Below are positions 13,880 to 26,525 of a stretch of 64,000 nucleotides of DNA, piece after piece; the stretch's first letter is position 1; each line of letters opens with the position of its first letter. Made by a program: the position numbers and the translations under genes. The stretch is from Eledone cirrhosa (taxonomy: Eukaryota), in contig OZ024741.1 in the NCBI GenBank assembly GCA_964016885.1, positions 336,846,001 through 336,910,000 on the forward strand, read 5' to 3'. A model generated the notes under the pieces. The model ran no database searches and was not told the DNA's origin. It was given only the letters and a program-made list of their open reading frames with translations.

Positions 13880-14670
13880 AGATGAGCTTGGCTTTTACAC
13901 CTCCTTCCCTTCTTCTGATGACCGAATACTGAAGCTAGCTTATTACTGCACCAGCTCTTGCAATTCTTGCATTTAATTCAGCCTTTTGCCTTCTATCACG
14001 TGCAAAAATTACCTCAAGATATTTCAACTTCACCACCTGCTTCAGTGGAACTCCACTCACATGTAATGTGCACTGAGTAGGCTTCCTTGAGAGGATGAGT
14101 GTCTCAGTTTTCACAGCACTAATTTTCATTTCTGCCATGCAGTACTTGGCATCAAACCTATCAAGTGCATGTCGGAGATCACATTCTATTGAATTAAGTA
14201 ATAGTGTGTCATCTGTAAATTCCAGCTGACTGATCCTACACCCACCAGTCATGATACCACTTTCAACTTGTCTGTACATGAAGATCATTATCAGGAGAGG
14301 TGACAGTATGCACCCTTGGCAGAGTCCAACACCCTCATTCAATGGTTTCAAATTAGCACAATTTATCCAAACACAAATACTAAAACATTCATAGTGGGAC
14401 TTCAAGGCAACAAGAGATCACAGCTGCAATACCATGGACATGTGGTTAGAATGTCTAAGGAAAGAATTGCTGGACAGATTTCTATGGGTAGAGCTATCTG
14501 ACAGGAGACGCAGACATAGACTACTAGAAAGATAGTTTGATAACATCCGTGAGCTCAGATGGTCCCATTTGAGAATCCAGTCAGAGGGTTGCTTCTGATA
14601 GGACCCTCTAGAAGGTGTGCTCAAGGACTCTGCACCCACGACCATCTCAGGAATAAGAGGAAGATATTTA
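13880..14670. mobile_element. RTE (Rex3/Expander-like) fragment with inverted 5' part
   Basis: Minus-strand RT (GLCQGCILSPLL, FTDD, KLKYL) at 13880-14405 abuts plus-strand C-terminus (RSQLQYHGHVVRM) at 14410-14670. Confidence 0.75.
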
Positions 14671-15033
14671 TATAAAATAAGTAAAGTTTGACATCAGGCA
14701 GGGCATTTGTCAGTAGAGTTGTTCTTCTTAAAGCCACCTCCAACCCAAACTAGTATGGAAAAGCAGACAAGAAAAATCAATAATAATGAGGATGACAATG
14801 ATAATGATGTGTATATATATATATATATATACTCAATAGTGAGTCCTGCTACTCTGGCATTTCACCTGTTTATCACAGGGCCATCAGATAAGAGTTCTTG
14901 TCTTTTGACCCTGTGATATACTGGCAAAACTCCAGAGTAACAAGACTCATTATTTAGCCTTAATAAAATGAATATTAAAACTCTGCTTCGGTATTGAGTA
15001 CTCTTTCCTCTCAACCATCAACCACTTATGGAT

Positions 15034-15066
<33 letters not shown>

Positions 15067-15429
15067 TGTTATATATGGGGAGGGTCATATTGTTATAATA
15101 TTGCCAGAAATAATAATAAAACACACTCACTGTTTAGTTTGGATTGGTTTTCGCTTCTGTATATTTTATATCCCTATAGTTAATTTAGCTGGCAATCAAT
15201 GTTTATCATATATATATATATTCTCTCTCTGTCTATATATATATATGTATGTATGTGTGTGTAGGTTCCTGTAACTCCTGGGGGAGTTGTAGGGATGCCA
15301 TATTGACATACAGCATTTCTTGGGCATTCAAAGCCTCGTGGAGCCTATCCTTCTCCAGGCCTGAGTACAGCAGATTTCTTCCAGAGAAATATAGAAAGTG
15401 AGAGAGAGGAAATGAGGAAGAGTTATAGA

Positions 15430-15569
15430 GGAAGAATAGACCCCAGTACTAGGCTGGATGAAAGGCAAAGTTGACTTTTGCAGGATTTGAACTCAGAAAG
15501 CAGAGAGCCAGAATGAATACCATAAAGCATTCTGCCAGACGTTCTAACGATTCTGCCAATTCACCGCCT
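15430..15569 (-). mobile_element. SINE with Nin/Deu-like core; related copies at about 19640-19850 (-), 21570-21760 (+) and 23310-23520 (-)
   Basis: Shared gtcaactttgcctttcatcc...gtcgataaaata motif and a tRNA-like head (ggtgaattggcagaatcgttag, gagttcaaatcc). Confidence 0.65.
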
Positions 15570-15573
15570 ATAT

Positions 15574-15615
<42 letters not shown>

Positions 15616-16254
15616 CTACCTATATATTACATCATGCAGTTTAGCTTCTATTATCTTAAAATAAAAATTTACAACTAATGGGATTTTATATCCTCTAAAT
15701 TCAGAGAAAATTCCAACTGTATTTTTTTTCCATTCTTCATACAAAACACAAGATATTTCTTTTAAAAGAATATATATATATATCTTTAATGACAGAAATG
15801 TATGTTTATGTATCTACTGATGAGCAGTCAATTAGCTGTGAAACATCTATAGGCAATCTCTAATTTTTTTATATTTTTGTGTGCATGTAAATAGAATAAC
15901 AGAATGTTTTTCACATTTGTTTATATTTCCATAGTAAGGCTTATAAACTGTAGTTCTACCAACAATGGGATGTTAAAATATTCTTGGCTTAACCCAGCTC
16001 TCAGAACCTTTCAGCATCCCCTTGTGTAGATGGAGGGGGAAGGATTGATGAAAATGATATCAGGAAATGGGTTAAGCCAAGAACCTTTCAGTACCTCTTT
16101 GAATATTAAATTTGTTGTAGATGTTCTAATATATTTGTATTGTGCATTATTTTGTTAGTCAATTTATCTACATTTTTACTTAGTTCATTAAAAATCAAAA
16201 ATTGTTTTCTTTATCTAAAACTTATTTTAAATATTGTTTTCTATTTATCAACAG

Positions 16255-18686
16255 TGAAACCGTTAGATTGCAACACACTACTTGGAGTGTATCTGCTTTC
16301 ATTTTATCTCTCTTTCTGTCAGTGTATAGACTTTACCTACTATGTGAAAGAAGACAGAAACCCAGGAGTATATTTGGGTGATATCACTAGAGACACACAT
16401 ATTGATGAATTACTCATAACAGACAGAAATCTAATACGGTTCAAGCAACTACAAAAAGACACAAAGAAGAATGGAGAGCTGTTCAATGTCTCTAAGACTG
16501 GTAAACTTTATACAGCTCAGCGGTTAGATGCTGAGGCTCTTTGTAAATACAACACAGAGTGTTTCAGAATAGTAGACATTGCTGTACAAAAAAAGGAATC
16601 TTTTCTAAGGATTTTAGAAATCAAAGTGATTATTGAGGATGTTAACGACCATCAACCTGAATTTCCAACTAAAGAAATTGACCTTCAGTTTGATGAAACT
16701 GATGGGAAAGGCACAACACGATCAATACCCAATGCTATTGACAGAGATATTGGTATATTGAATTCACAGGTCAGTTATGAATTGGTGAAAAATAACTATG
16801 ACCCATTTTCACTGGCAGTTTCCAAGAGAGTTGATGGTTCTTATTCACTAGCAATTACATTAGAAACAACACTAGATAGAGAAGTAAAAGAAATCTACAT
16901 GTTACAAGTTATTGCTAAAGATAGAGGATACCCACCAGAGCAAGGAGTGTTAAATATTAAAATATCAGTCTCAGATGTCAATGATAATTCACCTGTATTC
17001 TCACAGATTGTCTACAATGTTACAGTGAACAACAGGCAGAGAAATACACCAATTATTACATTATCAGCAACTGATTTAGATTCAGGTAGAAATGGAAACA
17101 TATCTTACTATTTCAGTTCAAAGACAACAGATGATGCTAAACATAATTTTATATTAAATGAACTTTCTGGCGAAATACTTCTACCAGACAATTTCAAATC
17201 AGGTGAAGTAAATAAATACAAATTATTCATTGAAGCTCGTGATGGAGGTAACCCTCCATTGAGTTCTATTGCCACTGTCCTTGTAAATATGGTCAACAGA
17301 CATAATGCTGCACCCATCATAGATGTAAACTTTGTTTCAAAATCCAATGGTAATATAGCTTCGATTTCAGAAGGAATTGATGTTGGCAGTTTCATTGCTT
17401 ATGTTAAAGTCACTGATAATGACAGCGGTGAAAATGGTAATGTAGACTGCGTCGTTGACCATGAACATTTTCAACTCCAGAAGCTTGGTGAAAAGAAATA
17501 TAAAGTTATAATAAAGAAAGTGGTTGACCGAGAAGTAGAAAGTAATATTAATTTAGTAATAAGTTGCCATGACAAAGGAATCCCTTCCCTTAAATCTGAA
17601 AGAAAATTTTCAATTCAGGTGACAGATATCAATGATGTACAGCCACACTTTGCTAAAACTATGTTCAAGTTTTTGACTTATGAAAATGAAAACCCATATT
17701 TTCCAATCGGTTTAATCAATGCTACAGATCCTGATTTAGGACCTGGTGGTGAACTGACATATTTTCTTTTAAGCAACAACAGATATAATTTTCCATTTAA
17801 GATTTCTAAATTTGGTTTTATTTCAACTACACAGTCATTAGATCATGAGCAACAAGAAATTTATAAATTTAAAGTTTTAGTCAAAGACAATGGAATGCCA
17901 TCATTAAACAACACAGCAGATGTAGTTGTCGAAGTCATGGATGAAAATGATAATGCTCCATATTTTACATTCCCCAGTGTTAATCCTTTCAATCTAGATG
18001 TCCACTATCATCCAAAGAGTAAGAGTGACATCACAACGCTAAGAGCCTCTGACAGAGACAGCCATGTAAATTCTTTCCTCAGATATGAAATAATTGGTGG
18101 TAATAACAAACAAATGTTCACTGTTAATCCTTACAGTGGAGTGTTGTCATATTCTCGTTCCATCTATCAAAATGATGCTGGATTATATGAGCTTCATATA
18201 GCTGTGAAAGACAGTGGCACTCCAGTTCTCACAGCTACAACTACACTATTTTTGACTCTAACAGTCAGCAACAAGACTTTGAAAATGTTTACAGCTGTAG
18301 ACACACAGTATGGTGATAAGATACACATCAACTTATTTATTATCATTGTCATTGTAGCAATGACTGCTTCTGTAATCCTTGTGGTGTCTATCACAATATG
18401 CATCGTGAGAAAAAACAACAGGAGAAATTCACAACAGAGGGGTGAGTTAAGACCTTCCAACGTATTTTTAGATGAAAATAGACAATTAGAATATTTGTGT
18501 GAACAAGCAGCCCTCCAGTATGATTCACCGTCTGCTATGGCAGTCAGACTTCCTGATTGTCATAGCAAAGATTTCCAGAAGGCAAAGTCAAGTCGAGAAG
18601 ATCACTTTAAACATGAACTTACTTGTGAAAGGAAAGCTTCAGAATCCCCAAGCCATTACCCCGACAACATAGACAGATCAATACAG
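16255..18686 (+). CDS. Protocadherin large ectodomain exon: signal peptide, 6 EC repeats, TM, partial cytoplasmic tail
   Basis: Open frame 16140-18719 with DVNDHQP, DVNDNSP, DINDVQP and DENDNAP linkers, DRE/AxDxG motifs, EC1 C-x5-C (CKYNTEC) and a hydrophobic TM (LFIIIVIVAMTASVILVVSITICIV). Bounded by acceptor ttttctatttatcaacag| (16254) and donor CAG|GTAAGC (18686/18687). Exon limits are predicted. Confidence 0.93.
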
Positions 18687-18744
18687 GTAAGCCTTTTATT
18701 TACTTTATATTATTCATAGGGGATTAAACACCTGTATATAAACT

Positions 18745-18985
18745 ATCTAACTCTTTTGTTATTATATTTCTAATGAAAGACACTGCCTATGTCATTAACC
18801 CTTTCACTGCCATAGTTCTAATGAAAGACACCGTCTATGTCATTAACCCTTTTATTACCATATTCCTCATGAAAGACACTACCTATATCATTAACCCTTT
18901 CATTACCATATTTCTATTGAAAGATACTGCCTATGATATTAACTCTTTCATTACTATAGTTCTAATGAAAGATACTATCTATGAT
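18745..18985. repeat. 48-bp minisatellite, about 5 copies
   Basis: Unit atgaaagacactgcctatgtcattaaccctttcactgccatagttcta. Confidence 0.85.
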
Positions 18986-19034
18986 TTTCAGTTGTTGAAG
19001 TGTTGTGATATATATACATATATATATATATATA

Positions 19035-19425
19035 CGAGGGTAATCCCAAAAGTAAGGTCTCCAAAGCAATGGGGACGCAGAGAAACTGTTTGTACGGCTG
19101 TTGGCAACACTGTTGTGATTGGTGCTTCCTTCACTCCCAAACAGTGTGAGCACTTCGCTGGGATGCTCAATCTTGGCTTGGCAGCCATTGAGAATGGAGC
19201 TCCTGTTTAACGCTACCACCAAGTGCGAATTTTGTGCAGTTATTATATACGAGGGCAATCCCAAAAGTAAGGTCTCCTTCTGAGGAAAACATGCGCAAAG
19301 ATCGGCGGATCACTCTGGATGCTCTCTGCATTTTGGTTCCTGAGGTTTCCCGAAGCACCATCCACAGGATTTTAACAGAAAACTTGCAATATCGGAAGGA
19401 GACCTTACTTTTGGGATTGCCCTCG
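19035..19425 (+). mobile_element. Mariner-derived non-autonomous element with three TIRs
   Basis: TIR cgaggg(t/c)aatcccaaaagtaaggtctcc at 19035 and 19250, inverted at 19398-19425, all TA-flanked. Transposase HTH remnant DRRITLD...SRSTIHRILTENLQYRK. Confidence 0.88.
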
Positions 19426-19426
19426 T

Positions 19427-19558
19427 ATATGTATAGAAATTTCGTATTTCTAAAGAAATACGGTTTTAGGAAGCCATAGCTAACACCCTCTGGTGGTGTC
19501 CATAGCTACGGCTTCCTAAAACCGCATTTCTTTAGAAATACAAAATTTCTATACATAT
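19427..19558. repeat. Inverted repeat with arms of about 55 bp
   Basis: atgtatagaaatttcgtatttctaaagaaatacggttttaggaagccatagcta followed by its near reverse complement. Confidence 0.85.
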
Positions 19559-20644
19559 TGTATAAAGCTATGCTTGAAGCGAAATCTTATTTCATATATA
19601 TATGAAATTTACACCAATGTTGAGAAATATTGATTTCTAATTTAGGCACTAGGCCAACACATTTGGGTGAAGGGCAAAGTTGATCAAATGAACCCAAGTA
19701 CTTGACTGGTATTTTATTTTATTGACCCTAGAAGGATGAAAAACAAAGTTGACTTTGGTGGGATTTGTACTCAGAATGTAAAAAGCCAGAACAAATATCG
19801 CAATGACATTCTATTCAATGCCCTCCCAACTCTGCCAATACGTTGCTCTAATGCTGAGATATATTAAATGTAAACATGCAAAAGAGGTGTACTAAAACTC
19901 ACATGGCACAGTAAGTGGTATTGGAGCTTCTCTCTAATACTTTTTTAGGCTAGTAAGGTGAGCCAGCAATGATATTAACTTTGTTTTCATTGGCACAGCT
20001 CTTCTGAATAATTTTGAAAATAACCAAGAATCCAGAGGGATCTAGTACTATAACCAACTTTATCATTATTTATCTAGTATTATTTGAAACATAAGCTTAA
20101 CAAAGGCTCTTTCAGTAATATGATATTAGGAAGGGCATCCAGCCATAGAAAACCTGCCAGATAGTCCTATATGAGTGAGACACGGTCACCCGACCAACCT
20201 TGCCTCAAGTGGGACAACTCCTGTCTAGCGTGGAAGATGGACGTTAAACAAAGATGATGATGATGATGATGGCTGTAGCCTGATGATGTCTGTCACTTCC
20301 ATATCTGTAATTAGAGCAGGTTCGTTGTTGTTTGACTGTGAGGGATGCTGTATGATTTTGAAAGACATTTAAAAGACATTAATGTATTGCTGATGTGGTA
20401 TGGTTTTGTGGGTAATGTTGATTGTAGGATTGGATTGTTATTTGAATTTGCTTGAGTTTGTAGATGACATGGGTTTGGTTTAGATTTGTTTACATTCTAG
20501 TTGAGACATATACAGTCTTAGTTATATATAGAATTACTATAGAAGGGTCTTAATATAACCACATTAAATAAACAGTGCCATTTGGTCTTAGTTATATATA
20601 AAATTTACTATGGAAAGTTCTTAAATTAATATAACCACATTAAA

Positions 20645-20870
20645 ATGTCTCAGGAAAGAATCGTTGGACAGATTTTTACAGGCAAAACCAGCTTGCAGGA
20701 GACCCAGGGGTAGACCTCCAAGCAAGATGGCTGGATAACATCCATGAGCTTGGCTGGTCTCACTTGGGAATCCAGCTAGATCAGTTCGAGATGGTTGCTT
20801 TTGACAAGAAGGAGTGTTTGAGGAGTCTGCCCCCACGACCCTCTCAGGATTAAGTGGGTGAAGAAGAAGC
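20645..20870 (+). mobile_element. Rex3/Expander-like RTE 3' end
   Basis: Similar to 14450-14670 and 24200-24430; (GAA)n tail. Confidence 0.7.
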
Positions 20871-21364
20871 AGCTTTTCATAGTATAAGTTATATATAAAA
20901 TTACTATGGAAAATTCTTAATATAACCACATTAAAATAAACAGCTTTGTATCGTCTTAGCTATATATAAAATTACTATGGAAGATTCTTAAATTAGTATA
21001 ACCCCATTAAAATAAACAGCTTTGTATGGTCTTAGTTATATATAAAATTACTATAACTGCCTTAGCCTCACCATCACCAGTAGTAAATCTGCAAGCGTTG
21101 GCTTGCCTCAAACATTTCTAATGTCATGTGTGGTGTGTGACTGATTGATGCACATGGTGTTGAATTTTGTTTTGTTTTTTTCTCTCTTTGAATATATATT
21201 TTTTGTGTATTATATTTGAAAGGTTCTTAGCAATAATTAATTGATTATCTGTCTGTAATTCTATTTATAAGATATTCTAAATATAACCATATTAAAATAA
21301 ACAGCTTTGTATAGGTTTAGTTATATATAAAATTACTATGGAAGCTTTTTAAATTAAAATAACC

Positions 21365-21565
21365 ATGTTTGCTTCCCGAAATTTGCCAACACTACACCTG
21401 ATATTCCCCCCTCCAAATACACACATGCATGTATCTGTATATATCATGACTCATACACTGTTTACTTTACTGACATTTGTACATTCTTCTATGTACTATA
21501 CATGCACCTTTGATGAGTTGTAGTGCACCTGAGCACTGTACACAATCATTTTCATTATTATTATT
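21365..21565 (+). mobile_element. CR1-type LINE 3' UTR
   Basis: Reverse-complement match to 29160-29350; (ATT)n tail. Confidence 0.75.
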
Positions 21566-23699
21566 GGATTAATTGGCAGACATTATGCTTTGCAGCATAG
21601 AGTTTATGGCTCTTTATGTTCTGGAGTCAAATCCCGTCAAGGTTAGCTTTGCCTTTCATCTTTACAGGGTCGATAAAATAAAACACCAGTAATGCACTGT
21701 GGTCGATTTAATTAACTTCCCCTCCATCAAAATTGCTGGCCTTGTGCCTAAATCAGAAACCATTATTATTATTTTAAAATTAGCAGATTTTTATGGTCTT
21801 AGAATTGCCATGAAAGGTTCTTAATATAACCATATTAAAATAAACAGCTTTGTATGGTCTTATATATGAAATATATCCTTCATAGTTGCAGAAACAACAT
21901 TACAAATCGTTTGCACTTCCTTCAGAAAGAAAATATAAACAGAGCATATAAATAAATTTACAGTAGAATAACATAACAAATATGTTTTAAATATATACAT
22001 AAATAACATTACAAATGCCTTGGTAACACTACAAAGGATGATACAATGAAAGCTATATTCATTCAATGCTACAATATTAAATGGCTCCGTTGTTCACCCC
22101 TTCCTTTACATTTTCTATATGAAATTACTATGGAATGTTCTTCAATTGATATAGCAACATTAAAAGAAACAGCTTTGTATAGTCTTAGTTATATATAAAT
22201 TACTATTGAAGATCCACATTAAAGTAAACAGTTTTGTTTGGTCTTAGTTATATATAAATTACTATTAAAGAACCTTAATATAACTACATTAAAATAAACA
22301 GCTTCATATAGTCTTAGTTACATATACAATTATTATCGAAGATTCTTGAATTAATATAATTACGTTAAAATAAACAGCTTTATATAATAGAAGCAAGAGC
22401 GGTTTCAGAGGGTTTAGTATCGAAAGGGTTACACAGTTCTGAGGGAAATCTTTTCTAATATTAAATAGTTACAGGACAGGGGAGATAACCTACGCAAACG
22501 TTTAAATTTTATAATTATAATGGATATTTTCGCTCGCAAATAAATATTTACAAATTGTTAGGAGATACAGTTTCTTCCCACACAAAATATCTGTTGTATA
22601 TATATGGTTTATTAAAACCATATTTGAGTTTACTGTAAAATATGAAACTAATATTTGTCTGTGATGTTGTGGTGGTCGAGTAAGAGCGAGATTGTATTGA
22701 TAGTGTGATCAAACCAAATCAGTCAGAAGCTGTAACAACAAGGTAACCTTTCTGCTTTAATCTCTCCACAACACACGATTTTGATTTAATGTTTGATGAA
22801 GTAACACAATTATACTTTGAACATTTTAAAATTCAATTTCATTGACTATTTTTTAAGCTTGTTTTGCATCCCATCAAAAGTGCATGTATAGTACATAGAA
22901 TAATGTTGTTTTTTGTTTCTCAACTCTATGAAGTACTAGATACTTCATTTAGTCTGTCATGGCTTACTAGCTCTCTACGGACGTTTAAATTGATTAAACA
23001 AATATATAATCATAATCTACACCTTCGAAAACATATCCTTGCAAAATATTATTAAATAACATATATGATTAAGACAGTTATGAAGAAACAAAGTTTTGAC
23101 AGCACTAAACTGTACTCTGCCTAGTAATAAAATTATTTCTTTTTAAATTATAGTTTTTTAAATTTCGTTAATATACTTATAATCTACATTATGAAAAACG
23201 TATCTCAGTCAAATTTTATTACAAAATATAAATTCCTAAAAACATTATAATGAAACAAAATCTTAGTGGGAGGGTGAAGAAACACTAAACTATAGTTATG
23301 TCCAATAATGGTTTCTGATTTAGGCATAAGGCCAACAAATTTGGTGGGGGAGAGGAAAGGCAACCCCAGTGAAATACTGGTGCTTTATTTTATCAACCCT
23401 GTAAAGGAATAGGCAAAACTAACCTTGGCGAGATTTAAACTCAGAATGTAAAGGGTCGAAACTATGTCATAAAGAATTTTGTCTGATGATCTACTGATAC
23501 TACCAATCCATTGGCTTAGGTATGCCCAATAATAAAAATACTTTTCTTAAGATAAAAATGATTTCCTTTTCAATTTCATCAGCAATGTCATAATCTACAT
23601 CGGACCTTCCCCTACATTTTTGTAAAGAAATTTGTGACTCACCTCTGTTTGATGAAGAAAAAGAAATCGTTGTCATTGTTTTAATATGTCAAAATATAG

Positions 23700-24430
23700 T
23701 GGTCTGCCAGACCATCTGCTGATTTCGTAATAAGAAGTCCACCTCCATACCTGCTTTCAGGAATGTGTCTGAGTTCTCCTCTCTTCAGAGAAGTACATCT
23801 TCACGAGGTGGAGAGAATACTTTGCTGATCTCCTAAACACAATCACAACAGCATCTTCTGATGTACACAAGGTGCATCTGGGAGTGGTGACTAATCTCTC
23901 AGAGGCTGAGGTCACATGAGCAGCTAAAGAGCTCAAACTTCTTGGGAAGTTGAAATCTGGCCCAAGATGTTAAAAGCTTTAAACAGAGAAGGTATTCTCT
24001 GGTTGACTTGTGTGTGCTGGGTTGCCTGGAACTCTTGAAAGGCACCTAAGCAATGGCAATCAGGTGTGATAAACCCAATTTTCGAAAAACGAGGCAAGAG
24101 AGATTGTTTCAATTACAGTGGGATCTCCTTGTTAAGTCCCCCCTGTCAAAGTCTATGCTAAATGTCTAGCAAAGAGATGCAAGGAGATTGCCAAGTCCAA
24201 GCCAGATTGCCAGATTTTTATGGGTAAAACCAACTGGTAAGAAACCCAGAAGTAGACCCCAAGCAAGATGTTTGGATAACATCCATGAATTTGGATGAGC
24301 TTGCTTGGGGATCAAGCCAGATCAGTTGGAGATAGTTGCTTTTAACAGGACCAGTTGGAAGGAGTGTTTGAGGACTCTCTCAAGAATAAGTGGGTGAAGA
24401 AGGAGGAGAAGAAGAAGAAGAAGAAGAAGA
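23700..24430 (+). mobile_element. Degenerate Rex3/Expander-like RTE with large internal deletion
   Basis: RWREYFADLLN, PKMLKAL, QWQSGVINPIF, NYSGISLLS, followed directly by the 3' end and (GAA)n. Confidence 0.75.
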
Positions 24431-24933
24431 AATATTTGACACAGTTCTTATTAAATTTTAAATTTATTCTTTGTTGCAAAATCACAAAGTTTCATTATTA
24501 TTTATTCTATTTTATTTTTTGTAAATTTTTATTATCCTATCCGTCTTGAAGACAGGTGTTATGGAACTCCACAATTTTGAAGGCCATATTCGGTGAAAAT
24601 ATCATAAATCATGGAAAAAGCATAAATTTTAATTTCCATATTCTAACGCAACCCAATTTAACCTAACCTATCAATGAGCTACCGTTAAACTATTATTACC
24701 CAGTTTCTGAAGTTAATATGAATGACCCACCCACCATAAATTGCTGGCCTTGTGCATAAAAAAAGGTGCACTAAGGGAGATAAGAAATCAGCAATTACCT
24801 CCCTTTACATTAAAGCACAACGTTTACGGACATTCAATTAGATTTAATATATTTTGTGACGGGCATTACATTGGCTTCGTAGTAGTTATTTCGATTATTT
24901 TTATAACACTCTTATGTATATATATAAAGTTCG

Positions 24934-24969
<36 letters not shown>

Positions 24970-25180
24970 CGAACTTTAGTGCTTAATTAGTTCATGAATT
25001 AATTAAGCATTACACTTCTCTTTTGTTTTCATTGTTCAATGTATACGTTGTTTGAATGCTCAACGAAATCCAATATGGTTAAAGTCTACATCAAAAGCAA
25101 AAGCCTGTTCTCAATGGATTTTTTACTTACATACTACAGGGACTTCTTACTATGTTATTGGTCTTACCATATATATATAT

Positions 25181-25653
<473 letters not shown>

Positions 25654-26320
25654 CTAATTCTAGGTTTAATCAATGCATATAACATATATATCGATAACGT
25701 TACAATATGAGACTTGTAGGCCATTATACCACTTTGAAGTATGTATATTTAAATATTACTAGCTATATCTCAATTGATATATACTGTTTTATATCGTTTA
25801 AACTTGTATAATTGATGCTCTGAACTGAAGTTTGATGGAACTTTGTAATGTGATACTTCATTGATACATATTTCATATGTATTGATTAAACCTAAAATTA
25901 GTTGAGTTGTCTAAATGGGACGTGCTTGGGGCTCTTTCTAGCACTCCATGAGGCCTGTCTTATATCTGCATTTCTGTTGAACATTATTTCAACATCATAT
26001 AGAGACCCTTTTCAAAAATTCTTCCTTGGCCTTGTGACTAGTATTTTCGTGCAGTGTAAGATATGTATATTCAAAACTGAACCATACCGATGAAGGAAAT
26101 CAAGGCCTTAGGAAGCTAATTACCAAACTCTATAATTAGTGATTGATACTAATTACTGAAATCAAGGGTTTGTATTCTTCTTTGGTTTCTAGAAGCAGAT
26201 CTGCCTTTGTAATTGTAGGCCATTATACCATCTATAAATATGTATATTTATTTATACATTATTCATTCTATTTGTAGAAAATACTGTTTTTCAATTGATA
26301 TATCCTGTTATATATTGTTT

Positions 26321-26411
<91 letters not shown>

Positions 26412-26458
26412 GAATAAAAATAAATAACCAGGATTAAATTTCATTCTATTATTTAATT

Positions 26459-26525
26459 GATTTAAGAACCTTTCAATCAATACTGTAAGAAAATACATTT
26501 CTACTGTATTGATTTCTTCAGAATC
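26459..26525 (-). ncRNA. Type I hammerhead ribozyme motif
   Basis: gatt-CTGAAGA-aatcaatac...gtattgatt-GAAA-ggttct-TA-aatc. Confidence 0.65.

Larger units (their letters stand above)
20510..22380. repeat. Old AT-rich tandem repeat (about 65-75 bp) interrupted by RTE, CR1 and SINE inserts
   Basis: Recurring taaaataaacagctttgtatggtcttagttatatataaaattactatggaa. Confidence 0.8.

Noticed and set aside
16140-16254. N-terminal 38 aa of the 859-aa ORF
   Set aside because: Starts at TTG in T-rich sequence ending in a polypyrimidine tract and AG; read as intron.
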